DNA from: Gammaproteobacteria bacterium
GTDB lineage: Bacteria; Pseudomonadota; Gammaproteobacteria; GCA-002705445; GCA-002716945
Reading direction: 5' to 3'
Assembly: GCA_002716945.1 (NCBI GenBank)
Contig: PBCF01000002.1
Coordinates: 142,404 to 206,403 of the forward strand
Length of the DNA stretch: 64,000 nt
Shown here piece after piece: positions 20,253-30,642 of this stretch. The notes below the pieces were generated by a model. The model saw only the letters and a program-made list of their open reading frames with translations. It made no database searches and was not told the origin of the DNA. Both the position numbers and the translations under genes were made by a program. Within the stretch, counting starts at the first letter, position 1, and each line of letters starts with the position of its first letter.

Positions 20253-21710
20253 TTACTGATTAGATAATAGAAAATCAGTTAATAATTGTACAGGTCTTCC
20301 AGTTGATCCTTTATTAGGACCTGTATCCCAAGCTGTCCCAGCAATATCTAAATGAGCCCACTTCTGTCCTTCTGTAAATTTTGCCAGAAAAGCAGCTGCT
20401 GTTATAGCACCTCCATATCGACCCCCAATATTCTGTATATCGGCGAAGTTAGTTTTCAGCTCATCAAAATATTCTTTATATAATGGTAGTTGCCATACCC
20501 TATCTCCAGTTTTATCACCAGAATTTTTTAACAAATCTGCAAGTTTTTGATCATTTGAGAATAAGCCGCTCGGATATTTACCCAATGCAACTAAACAAGC
20601 TCCTGTTAAGGTTGCCAAATCAATCATATATCGTGGATTAAATTTTTTTGCATAAGTTAATGCGTCGCATAATACTAACCGTCCCTCCGCGTCAGTATTA
20701 AGAATCTCAATAGATATTCCTTCCATACTTTTTACAACATCACCTGGTCGAGTTGCACTACTGCTAGGCATATTTTCTGCACATGCAAGAATTCCTATCA
20801 CGTTGGTTTTGATTTTCATTTCTGCACAAGCTTGTAATGTACCAAGCACGGCTGCTGCACCAGACATATCAAATTTCATTTCATCCATTGCGCCTGAAGG
20901 TTTGATAGATATTCCTCCGGTATCAAAAGTAATTCCTTTACCTACTAAAATTATTGGTTTTTTATTTTTAATAGGTAAATATTTAATTGTAACCAATTTC
21001 GCTGGCTCCTTACTCCCACGTGAAACAGATAATAGAGACCCCATTTTTAATGATTCCATTTTTTTCTCATCTAATATTTCAACATTCAGAGATCTATATT
21101 TTTTTTGTAATTGTTTCGCTTGATCGCTAAGGTATGTAGGTGTACAAATATTTGGCGGAGTATTACCTAAATCTTTAGCTTTATTAATTCCATTGGAAAT
21201 TGAAGTAGAAATTTTAACTGTCTCTTTAAATTTGGCACTAACAGATTTATCTGCAGTTTTTAAATAACATGTATTTAGCTTACTTAAATTAGATGTCTTA
21301 TTTTTTTTATATTTATATAAAGCAGTTTCAATAGCTATAATTATATTTTTGATTGCTGGTTCTTTGCCTTGTAATACTAAATTGTCAACTTCTAGACAGA
21401 TAGAAGTGGCATTAGTTTTAATGAGACTCTTTATAACATATGTTAGAGATTTTTGAAGCGAAATTGGATCAAAGTCTTGTTTTGAACCAAGACCAAATAA
21501 TACTAATTTATTTTTTTTTGAATTTCCATGAAATATCTGATATTCGCCTAATGCGCCAGTTATTTCTTTATTATTAAGGCTTTCTTTAATGTTATTTTGT
21601 ATAGCAGTATCATCTATATTTTTGATCAATTTTTTTCCGGAAAACATTCCTAGTATGTGATAATTAACATCTGATTTTTGATTTAATTTATTAATTGTAA
21701 AATATTTCAT
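20253..21710 (-). CDS. pepA: Cytosol (leucyl) aminopeptidase PepA
   Basis: M17 peptidase motifs (NTDAEGRL, GKGITFDTGG). Confidence 0.93.
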   Translation of the reverse strand: MKYFTINKLNQKSDVNYHILGMFSGKKLIKNIDDTAIQNNIKESLNNKEITGALGEYQIFHGNSKKNKLVLFGLGSKQDFDPISLQKSLTYVIKSLIKTNATSICLEVDNLVLQGKEPAIKNIIIAIETALYKYKKNKTSNLSKLNTCYLKTADKSVSAKFKETVKISTSISNGINKAKDLGNTPPNICTPTYLSDQAKQLQKKYRSLNVEILDEKKMESLKMGSLLSVSRGSKEPAKLVTIKYLPIKNKKPIILVGKGITFDTGGISIKPSGAMDEMKFDMSGAAAVLGTLQACAEMKIKTNVIGILACAENMPSSSATRPGDVVKSMEGISIEILNTDAEGRLVLCDALTYAKKFNPRYMIDLATLTGACLVALGKYPSGLFSNDQKLADLLKNSGDKTGDRVWQLPLYKEYFDELKTNFADIQNIGGRYGGAITAAAFLAKFTEGQKWAHLDIAGTAWDTGPNKGSTGRPVQLLTDFLLSNQ

Positions 21711-21801
21711 ATTATTTGCCTTTTAAATAAATACATAAAGTATCATATTAGATTAACATTTTTTGTAAAAACTTGTAGAATTTAGATAAAATATACAAAT
21801 T

Positions 21802-22881
21802 ATGCTCAAAACCAAAACTCTCAATAAATATATATTAGTTGAAACTGCTTACTCTGTTATTACTGTTTTCATAATATTTCTGATTATATTATCATCAAAC
21901 ACTATGATGAGGCTAATTGAAGAGGCATCAGTGGGAAATTTTCCAACTTATTTGCTTTTACCAACAATAATCATAAAGATTACCCAATATTCTATTTATA
22001 TTATACCAGTAAGCCTTTTTTTTGGAATAATCCTCTCATTGGGAAAATTATATAATAATAATGAAATGGCTGTCATTTTTTCCTCTGGGGTATCACCTAA
22101 TGACATAGCAAGAATTTTAGCATCCGTTATTTTGCCCGTAAGTCTGATAGTTGCATTATTTACATTATATTTGACGCCCATTGCATCAGAATATCGTTAT
22201 AAGCTTGAACACAGATTAAAAAACGAGGAAAGAGTCGATAATATAAAACCTGGAAAATTTAACACTTCAGCAAGTGGTACATCAACTTTTTTTGTTGAAA
22301 AATTAACTAATAATTTAATGGAAGGTGTGTTTATTAATTTGATAAAAGATCAATATACACAAGAAACTGTTGAAACTTCAAAAACAGCAAAATATTCAAT
22401 TGATAACAAAGATAGAAAATTCATCGTATTAAATAATGGGTCTATTCATGAGATGGTAGGTAATAATGAAATTAGAATTACAAGATACCGAGAACATGCA
22501 ATTCAACTATCACAAGAATTGCCAGATTATATTAATAGCAGATCTATAGCTAAAAGTACTTATAATTTATTTTTCAGTACAAGGATTGAAGATAAAGCTG
22601 AATTGCAAGCAAGACTCTTCCTACCTCTTGCCGCAATGATTTTAGGCTTTATAGCTATACCACTTAGTTATTCTGCACCTAAAAAAGGAAAATACGATAA
22701 AATATTTCTGGCAGCTATCTTTTATTTTCTTTATTTTGTTAGTATTTCTATAGCAAAGAAGATGTATATACTTGGTTATACTCCGTCAATTTTTGGAATA
22801 TGGTGGATACATATAATAGTATTATTATTACTTCTATATTTTTACAATCTTGATGAAAATAAAATACCTATTCGCAATTAA
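21802..22881 (+). CDS. lptF: LPS export ABC transporter permease LptF
   Basis: YjgP/YjgQ family, 359 aa, divergent from pepA as in E. coli. Confidence 0.85.
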   Translation: MLKTKTLNKYILVETAYSVITVFIIFLIILSSNTMMRLIEEASVGNFPTYLLLPTIIIKITQYSIYIIPVSLFFGIILSLGKLYNNNEMAVIFSSGVSPNDIARILASVILPVSLIVALFTLYLTPIASEYRYKLEHRLKNEERVDNIKPGKFNTSASGTSTFFVEKLTNNLMEGVFINLIKDQYTQETVETSKTAKYSIDNKDRKFIVLNNGSIHEMVGNNEIRITRYREHAIQLSQELPDYINSRSIAKSTYNLFFSTRIEDKAELQARLFLPLAAMILGFIAIPLSYSAPKKGKYDKIFLAAIFYFLYFVSISIAKKMYILGYTPSIFGIWWIHIIVLLLLLYFYNLDENKIPIRN

Positions 22882-23958
22882 ATGAAAATTTTATATTTAT
22901 ATTTATTTAAAAGATTAATGTATGGTTTTGCATTAAGTTTATTAGTATTACTATCAATTGAAACTTTTTTATCAATTACTACAGAATCTGAAGATTTAAA
23001 TGTTGGTAATTATTCATTTTATATTATGTTAAAATATATTATATATACTATCCCTAAAAGTATATTTGAACTTTTTCCATATGCTATATTGATTGGTACG
23101 ATGCTATCATTGGGTACTATGGCAGCAGATAGAGAATTTATTGCGATACATACGGCTGGCATTTCTGTCAAAAAAATTATACAAATTATTTTATTTCAGG
23201 TCTTTTTTATATCACTAATATTTTATATTTTAAGTGATTTTATAGTTCCTAAATATACACAACATGCTGAATTTATAAAGAATTCTGCTATTAACAAAAC
23301 ATTAATACATAATCCTAATGGTACCTGGTTTAAGGACGAAAATAAATTTATCACTATTAAACAAATATATTCTAGAAATAGATTAGAAGATATCACAATT
23401 TATTATTATGATGATGCATATAAATTATTAAAAACTGAAGTAGTTCAGAATGCTAACTTTGAAAATAATAAATGGAAATTAACCAATATAACTGAAACAA
23501 ATCTTTTAACTCAACCAATACAAATTCAAGTTTATGATCAAATAATTAAAGATGATTTCATCGATCAAAAGTTGATTCGAATTAGAGTTTCTGATCCTGT
23601 TAATATTTCTTTTCTTGATGTTTTAGAGAATTTAAATTATCTGAAAAGTAATAATCTAGATGACAGTGAACAAAAAATGATTTTTTGGGAAAAACTATTT
23701 AAACCTATTTCTACAATAATCATGTTATTTCTAGCCATGCCATTTTTATTTGGAAAATATAGAGATGCAACATTGGGTAAAAGGATTGTTATTGGATTAT
23801 TTATAGGGATAATTTTTTTCGTGGTTTCATCAATTTTACCTAATTTGGCTAATGTTATTGGATTTACCCCATTCATAAATGTACTTTTACCAAATGCTTT
23901 ATTTATAATTCTTGGACTACATTTGTTCCAAAAACAACTAGAATCAGGTTTACAGTAG
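22882..23958 (+). CDS. lptG: LPS export ABC transporter permease LptG
   Basis: Second YjgP/YjgQ-family permease, contiguous with lptF. Confidence 0.85.
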   Translation: MKILYLYLFKRLMYGFALSLLVLLSIETFLSITTESEDLNVGNYSFYIMLKYIIYTIPKSIFELFPYAILIGTMLSLGTMAADREFIAIHTAGISVKKIIQIILFQVFFISLIFYILSDFIVPKYTQHAEFIKNSAINKTLIHNPNGTWFKDENKFITIKQIYSRNRLEDITIYYYDDAYKLLKTEVVQNANFENNKWKLTNITETNLLTQPIQIQVYDQIIKDDFIDQKLIRIRVSDPVNISFLDVLENLNYLKSNNLDDSEQKMIFWEKLFKPISTIIMLFLAMPFLFGKYRDATLGKRIVIGLFIGIIFFVVSSILPNLANVIGFTPFINVLLPNALFIILGLHLFQKQLESGLQ

Positions 23959-24348
23959 ATCTTTTTGAACTAATTGGGTTTTAGATACAATATCTTGTAA
24001 TGATTTTGTATTAATTAACCAAAATAGATGACCTCCTAGCATAGAAATTAATAATCTTATTAGAGCTTGTTTATATGTTATAGCTAAATTATTTACATCT
24101 GAAACGATAAATACTTTCCAAGCTTTCATTCCAAGTGTTTGTTGATGATTTACCCAAAACCATGAATAATATAATACTATAATAAATAATATATAAACCT
24201 TGTATAAGATATTATCAATCACGGCGTTTCCACCTGTAAAAAACAATACTGGAATAGTTACAAAATATAATATTGAAAAGAGGAGAAGAAAATCATAAAA
24301 AATAACTATAATTTTTTTTAATTTTCCAACTTTTTTATATATTGTCAT
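23950..24348 (-). CDS. RDD-family membrane protein
   Basis: 132 aa, TM helices and a QTLGMK motif typical of the RDD family. Confidence 0.55.
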   Translation of the reverse strand: MTIYKKVGKLKKIIVIFYDFLLLFSILYFVTIPVLFFTGGNAVIDNILYKVYILFIIVLYYSWFWVNHQQTLGMKAWKVFIVSDVNNLAITYKQALIRLLISMLGGHLFWLINTKSLQDIVSKTQLVQKDLL

Positions 24349-24350
24349 TA

Positions 24351-25607
24351 TTATATAGATGTGGAGAAAGGTATTATTTCAACAATATCTCCCGCATTCA
24401 CTACATCGATATTCTCATCTAATTTTATATAACAGTTTGCTTGTGATAATGATTTTAAAAGATTGGATCCTTGCGAACCAGTTGATTGAACATAAAAGTT
24501 ACCATTTTTCTGATTGAATATAGCTCTTTGAAATTCTACTCTACCTTTCTTTTTTGATAATTTTGACTTTGTTTGAGCTTTAATTGTGAATTTATCTCGA
24601 TGTGACTGCTTCATCATTTTTTTGATAGCAGCAATAACAAATAATTGAAATGTTACCACCACAGAAACTGGATTGCCTGGCAAGCCAAAAAATATGCTAT
24701 TTTTTACTTTACCAAATGCTAGTGGTCTACCAGGTTTAATTGATATTTTCCAAAAATTGATCTTGCCTATTTTATGAAGTATCTCTCGGACGTAATCTGC
24801 ATCACCAACTGAAACACCACCAGTAGTGATAATTAAATTACATTCCTTACTTGCTAATAAAAGTTTTTTTTCTAGATTTATCTTATTATCTTTGACTACT
24901 CCATAATCTTTTATATTAATTGGTAATTGTGATAACAAACCATGTAATACATATCTATTACTGTCATATAATTGTCCATTTTTTAATTTTTTACCCACAG
25001 TAACAAGCTCATCTCCCGTTGACAAAAAACCAATTTTTGGTTTTTTTACTACTTTAATATATTTTTTTCCTACAGATGAAATTATTCCTAAATCTGCATA
25101 ATTTAATCTACGTCCTTTTTGGATAATAGTTTCAGATTTTTTTATATCTTCACCAATATCTCTTATATTTTGATGTAATTTAATATTTTTCGGAAAGGTA
25201 ATTTGATTTTCTATTTTCTTTACCATCTCTTGCATAATTACGGCATTTGCATTATTTGGTATTAAAGCACCAGTCATTACACGAACTGTCTCACCTTTAT
25301 TTAACTTTTTTATATATGGTTTACCAGCATATGAAATGCCTACTTCTTTTAGAATTCTTTGTTTTTTAAAAACTGAATCATTTAGATTAATGGCATAACC
25401 ATCCATTGCTGAATTTTTAAATGATGGTATATTTATTGTGGATTTTATATTTTCTGCCGATATTCTGTTTATAGAATTTTTTAAACTCACAACTTCATTT
25501 GCATGAATTGGTTTTATTAACCTACTTATTCTTTTTAATGCATTTTCAGTTGATATAGCTGATGGGTCAAATTCATTTATACAGGTATTCTTTAGTTTTT
25601 CATTCAT
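24351..25607 (-). CDS. moeA: Molybdopterin molybdenumtransferase MoeA
   Basis: 418 aa, MoeA N/C and MoCF-binding domains (GGVSVGDADY). Confidence 0.88.
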   Translation of the reverse strand: MNEKLKNTCINEFDPSAISTENALKRISRLIKPIHANEVVSLKNSINRISAENIKSTINIPSFKNSAMDGYAINLNDSVFKKQRILKEVGISYAGKPYIKKLNKGETVRVMTGALIPNNANAVIMQEMVKKIENQITFPKNIKLHQNIRDIGEDIKKSETIIQKGRRLNYADLGIISSVGKKYIKVVKKPKIGFLSTGDELVTVGKKLKNGQLYDSNRYVLHGLLSQLPINIKDYGVVKDNKINLEKKLLLASKECNLIITTGGVSVGDADYVREILHKIGKINFWKISIKPGRPLAFGKVKNSIFFGLPGNPVSVVVTFQLFVIAAIKKMMKQSHRDKFTIKAQTKSKLSKKKGRVEFQRAIFNQKNGNFYVQSTGSQGSNLLKSLSQANCYIKLDENIDVVNAGDIVEIIPFSTSI

Positions 25608-25682
25608 AATTTGTTTAATTATATACTGAAATTATAGTACAATCTTAAATAAGATAAAATAAAACTGTATCGAAGAAAAATT

Positions 25683-26573
25683 TTGTTAGAAGAAAATATT
25701 ATTGAAGAATATTGTGACACTCTGTGGATGGAAAGAGGTTTATCGCAGAATACTTTAGATTCATATCGCTCTGATCTAAAAAAACTAAATCTATGGCTTA
25801 ATAAATCATCAAAAAGTCTACTTAAATGCGATAGAGGGGATTTAAATATGTTTTTATCACATAAGATGGATGAAGGTAGTTCTGCATCTTCAGTTATTAG
25901 ATTCCTGTCAGTTGTCAAAGGTTTTTTTACTTGGCTTAAAGAAAATAATAAAATAAAAAGCAACCCAACAGATTTGCTTGAATCACCAAAAGTTAGACGA
26001 AATTTACCTATCAATTTAAGTGAGAGAGACGTTACAGAAATTTTGAATGCACCCAATATACAAACTAATCTAGGTATCAGAGATAAGACTATTTTAGAGT
26101 TATTATATGCAACTGGATTAAGAATATCAGAATTAACAAATCTAAAGGTTGATCAAATAAATTTAACTGATGGTTTAGTTAGAGTTATAGGCAAGGGAGA
26201 TAAAGAAAGAATAATTCCTATTGGTGATAGCGCACTAGATTACATTAAAATTTATCTAAATAAATGTAGAGCTCAATTTATAAATTCAAAAAATAATGAA
26301 TATCTATTTTTAAGTAATCAAGGAAAACCTATTTCTAGAAAATCATGTTGGTATATGATTTCTTCTTATGCTAAACAAAAAATACAACAGAAAAAAATTT
26401 CCCCACATTCACTAAGGCACGCTTTTGCATCGCATCTTTTAAATCATGGTGCAGATTTAAGATCTGTCCAAATGCTTCTAGGTCATTCTAGTCTCTCTAC
26501 AACACAAATATATACTCATGTTGCCAAAGAAAGACTCATTAAATTTCACTCAAAACATCACCCAAGAGGATAA
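25683..26573 (+). CDS. xerD: Tyrosine recombinase XerD (apparent TTG start)
   Basis: RHAFASHLLNHGADLRSVQMLLGHSSLSTTQIYTHV C-terminal catalytic region; xerD-dsbC order as in E. coli. Confidence 0.9.
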   Translation: MLEENIIEEYCDTLWMERGLSQNTLDSYRSDLKKLNLWLNKSSKSLLKCDRGDLNMFLSHKMDEGSSASSVIRFLSVVKGFFTWLKENNKIKSNPTDLLESPKVRRNLPINLSERDVTEILNAPNIQTNLGIRDKTILELLYATGLRISELTNLKVDQINLTDGLVRVIGKGDKERIIPIGDSALDYIKIYLNKCRAQFINSKNNEYLFLSNQGKPISRKSCWYMISSYAKQKIQQKKISPHSLRHAFASHLLNHGADLRSVQMLLGHSSLSTTQIYTHVAKERLIKFHSKHHPRG

Positions 26574-26578
26574 AATAT

Positions 26579-27289
26579 ATGAACAAAATTATAGCCCTAT
26601 TTATTCTTGTTATTATATCTGGATGTAGTAATTCAGATGATTATTTAAAGCAAGCTAACACAGAAGTCAAAAAAAATTATCCTAATATTGAAATTCAAAA
26701 GATTACAAAAATTGATGATAAGTTGTTTGAAATTGTTATAGCAAATGAAATTTATTATTTAACTTCTGATTTTAAACATTTGATAGCTGGAAATGTTATA
26801 AATATTTCTACTCAAGAAAATTTGACAGAATCTTCATTAAAGAAAAAAAGATTAGTTATCTTAAAAAAACTTGATAGTGATAATATGATTATATTTAAAC
26901 CAAAAAAAGTTAATCATGTATTAACTGTATTTACAGATACTTCTTGTCCTTATTGTCAGAAATTACATGGTGAAGTTAAAGATTTATTAAAAAATAATAT
27001 AGAGATCAGGTATGTTTTATTTTCTAGGAACGGTAATCAGATGGATGCATACAAAGAAATGGTTTCGGCATGGTGTTCTGATGATAGAAAAAATGCACTT
27101 GAGAAATTGTATGATGGTCAACCAATTACGGAAAAGCTAGATTGTACTAACCCTATTATAAAAAATTTTGAAATTGCAAGTAAGTTGTCTATAACTGGAA
27201 CTCCTATGACATTCACAGAAACTGGTGAAATAATACCTGGCTATCAATCATCAGATAAAATTGTTCAATTTATCGAAAATTATAAATAA
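26579..27289 (+). CDS. dsbC: Thiol:disulfide interchange protein DsbC/DsbG-like, predicted lipoprotein
   Basis: CPYC thioredoxin motif; N-terminus ...LVIISGCSN fits a lipobox. Confidence 0.8.
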   Translation: MNKIIALFILVIISGCSNSDDYLKQANTEVKKNYPNIEIQKITKIDDKLFEIVIANEIYYLTSDFKHLIAGNVINISTQENLTESSLKKKRLVILKKLDSDNMIIFKPKKVNHVLTVFTDTSCPYCQKLHGEVKDLLKNNIEIRYVLFSRNGNQMDAYKEMVSAWCSDDRKNALEKLYDGQPITEKLDCTNPIIKNFEIASKLSITGTPMTFTETGEIIPGYQSSDKIVQFIENYK

Positions 27290-28689
27290 GATTTATATTT
27301 TCTTTCTTCTGATTCTAAGTAATTTTCTATTTCAGTTAGATAGTCTTTATCAGATTTTGATTCAACACTATCATATAACTTTTTTAATTCTTTTTTTGCT
27401 TTATCTAGCGTACACCATGGTACATCATCGTCGCAAAATACTTTATTTGCAATGACGCTTCTCATTTCATTTTTCTTATCTTCAGATAATTCATCAGGGT
27501 AATCTGAATACATTATTCTATTAGCAATTTCCTTAGCTCTTCCATCTTCTAATTGTTCAATAATATCTATTTTTATCTTTTTATCTTCGGTTGAATGAAA
27601 CAATTTTTTCTTTGCAACATCGGCATTGGGTGTAAATGCTGCAAATAGCTGTTCTTCAACATAATCTGTTGATTGGTCAACCTGATAATCGTCTTGTTTA
27701 TCAACTAGTGCTTGATTAATATTTAACCTAAAATTATCTAATTCTTTTATTTGCAAAGCTTTTCTTTTATATTCATTTTTATCTTGTATTGAGGTGGTTT
27801 GATTTATTAAATCTCCCTCTCGCAAGAGAATGGGAAAATTATTAGTTTTTAATATATAAATTATTTTTCCTTTAATTAATGATTTAATTTCAGAAGTTTT
27901 GGCATTTGCATATTCTGCTGGATCATGATTTAAACTAAAGAAGGCCAGTTCTTTTGGATTGTTTGGGTTAGCAGAGATAAGTGTAACAGGGACTAATTTA
28001 TCACGATTAAGAACTGCATATAGATAATGGTTTTTATTAATTAATTCCTCTTGTATGATTTCAGGCGATCTAGACAAGAGGCACGAGTCCCATAACTCTT
28101 TATTATTTTGTTTTATTAATTTAGCTACACCAAGTGTAGCTTCTACATCACTTAGTGCATCATGAGCTTTTTTTTGTTCTACATTATTTTTTTTTGCAAT
28201 AAATTCTAACTTTAAAATACTTTTTTCTTTTTTATCTTGAGGGATATCTATAGTATCTAGCTTAAGACAATTTATTACTTCAACTATTTTATATATATCT
28301 GCTCTGCTGTTTTTTATATCACCATTTATCTTAGTATTTGTTAAATAGGGTTCATGCAGAGATTGATAAAAACTAGATCTTAAAAATCTTTCATCAAAAC
28401 TTATACTATTGTAGCCAATAAAAATTGCAGGAGACCATTCAGAAAATTTTTTATAAAATTTTTTCATCATTTCATAAAATGATTGACTGTTAGACAGACC
28501 TGAGATAGGTGCTTTTATGGCTGACAGGGCTCCTGGATTAGCAATCACACCATCTTTCAAACGGCATCTCTCATTAATTACTTCTATAGTATTAAAATCA
28601 TCATCTGTTAATATCGCTGCAAGTTGGATTGGTTGGTCAAAATTTGAATTAAAACCAGTGGTTTCAAAATCATAAAAAACATAATTCAT
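27280..28689 (-). CDS. sbcB: Exodeoxyribonuclease I
   Basis: N-terminus FYDFETTG...PIQLAAIL (DnaQ-like exonuclease), 469 aa, ExoI-like C-terminal domains. Confidence 0.85.
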   Translation of the reverse strand: MNYVFYDFETTGFNSNFDQPIQLAAILTDDDFNTIEVINERCRLKDGVIANPGALSAIKAPISGLSNSQSFYEMMKKFYKKFSEWSPAIFIGYNSISFDERFLRSSFYQSLHEPYLTNTKINGDIKNSRADIYKIVEVINCLKLDTIDIPQDKKEKSILKLEFIAKKNNVEQKKAHDALSDVEATLGVAKLIKQNNKELWDSCLLSRSPEIIQEELINKNHYLYAVLNRDKLVPVTLISANPNNPKELAFFSLNHDPAEYANAKTSEIKSLIKGKIIYILKTNNFPILLREGDLINQTTSIQDKNEYKRKALQIKELDNFRLNINQALVDKQDDYQVDQSTDYVEEQLFAAFTPNADVAKKKLFHSTEDKKIKIDIIEQLEDGRAKEIANRIMYSDYPDELSEDKKNEMRSVIANKVFCDDDVPWCTLDKAKKELKKLYDSVESKSDKDYLTEIENYLESEERKYKSYL

Positions 28690-28740
28690 TTATATTCCTT
28701 GTCTTATATAGTAATATATTCGTAATTATAACAAATCATA

Positions 28741-30639
28741 GTGAAAAAAAAATATACATCCTCTGACATAGAAGTTTTAAAAGGTATTGAGCCAGTTCAA
28801 AAGAGACCTGGAATGTATACTGATACAACAAATCCAAACCACTTAGTACAAGAACTTATAGACAATAGTGTTGATGAAGCTATCTCTGGATTTTGTTCTC
28901 TCATTACCATTACCCTCAAAGAAAATGGATACATTATTGTCGAAGATAATGGAAGAGGGATGCCTACAGACATTCATCCTGATCATAAAGTCTCTGGAGT
29001 AGAAGTTATTATGACAAATTTACATTCCGGAGCAAAATTTACAGAAAAAAATTACCGTTTTTCTTGAGGACTCCATGGTGTTGGAGTTTCTGTAGTTAAT
29101 GCATTGTCTGAGAATCTAGAAGTTCATGTCGAAAGAAATGGGGATGACAAAAAATATCAAATGTCTTTCAAAAACGGAACTATGAAAGGAAAACTTAAAA
29201 TTACAGGAAAGAGCCTCAAAACAAGGCATGGTACTTGTGTTGCATTCAAGCCAAATGAGAAGTATTTTGAAACCTTATCATTAAATATAAAAGAACTTCA
29301 ACATCTAATAAAAGCTAAGTCAATACTACAACCAGGATTAAAACTGATTTTAATAGATAAACTATATAATAATATAACAACAGAATATTTACATGATGGT
29401 GGCTTAGATAAATATATACTTAGCCAATATGATAATGAAGAAGAAATTTTACCGAAAGAGACACATTTTGGAAATATAGAACAAGACTCGTATTCACTAG
29501 ATTGGAGTATTCTTTGGCTACTAGAATCTTTTGAATGTGTGCAAGAAAGTTATGTTAATTTGATACCTACTTCACAGGGAGGGACCCATGTTAACTCTTT
29601 TAGGTTAGGGATCATCGATGCACTTAGAGAATTCTCTGATAGACATAAACTGTTACCAAAAAATGTCAAACTTGTTCCTGAAGATATATGGAAAAATGTA
29701 TCATTCGTAATATCTTTAAGAATGAGCAACCCCCAATTTGCAGGACAAACCAAGAATAAATTACAATCAAATTCATCAATTTCTAATCTTTCACTTCAAA
29801 TCAAAGATAGATTTGAACTTTGGTTAAATAAACATAGAGAAACAGGTGAAAAATTAGTTGAATTAGCAATTCAGAATGCCCAAAAAAGAATACTAATGAA
29901 TAACTCTGCAACTAAGAAAACAAGCAGACAAAGTATTTTGCCAAGCCGCTTATCAGACTGTTCTAGTAAAGATGTAAAAATTACTGAATTATTTTTAGTA
30001 GAGGGAGATTCTGCAGGAGGGTCAGCCAAACAAGCTAGAGATAGAACTCATCAGGCTATTTTGCCTTTAAGAGGCAAAATATTAAACACTTGGGAATTAT
30101 CGTCATCTAGAATTTTGGAATCCAAGGAAGTTAAAGATATTAGTTTATGTATTGGCGTTGAACCAGGATCACATGATATCAGTAATTTACGATACAACAA
30201 GATTTGTATTTTATCGGATGCTGATTCTGATGGAATGCATATTGCTACATTATTAACAGCATTATTTTTAAAACATTTTAAAGAGTTAGTGAGTGCTGGG
30301 CATATATATGTTGCTAAACCACCTTTATATAGGATTGATATAAAAAAAGACACTTATTATGTTGTGAATGATAATGAAAAAGATAAGTTATTAAAGAAAT
30401 TAAAATTTAAGGAAGACGATGTTGGAGTTTCAGTTACTAGATTTAAAGGCTTGGGTGAAATGAATCCTGAACAGTTAAGAGAAACAACTCTCTCAAAGAA
30501 CACACGAAAATTAATTAAATTAACTATGACTAATAATAATAAAGATTCTTCTATGGTTGATATGCTATTATCTAAGAAAAAAGCATCTGAAAGAAAAGAT
30601 TGGTTAGAGTCAAAAGGCAACATAGCTCAGATTGATTAG
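28741..30639 (+). CDS. parE: DNA topoisomerase IV subunit B, interrupted by an in-frame TGA at 29065-29067 (codon 109) at the conserved Gly of the SGGLHGVG ATP-lid motif; otherwise intact. GTG start; the second segment is reported by the ORF track as a TTG-start ORF
   Basis: GHKL ATPase, TOPRIM and C-terminal domains across both ORF-track pieces (28741-29067 and 29104-30639) in the same frame; the sequence reads Y-R-F-S-TGA-G-L-H-G-V-G against the conserved Y-x-F-S-G-G-L-H-G-V-G. Confidence 0.85.
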
Positions 30640-30642
30640 CAT

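Noticed and set aside
28741-30639. Genome-wide UGA reassignment (code 25 UGA=Gly or code 4 UGA=Trp) as the explanation for the parE in-frame TGA
   Set aside because: truB, gyrA, trpB, trpA and aroA in this same window all terminate at TGA in the expected places. No other conserved gene is split. The remaining content and synteny are typical of gammaproteobacteria using the standard code.
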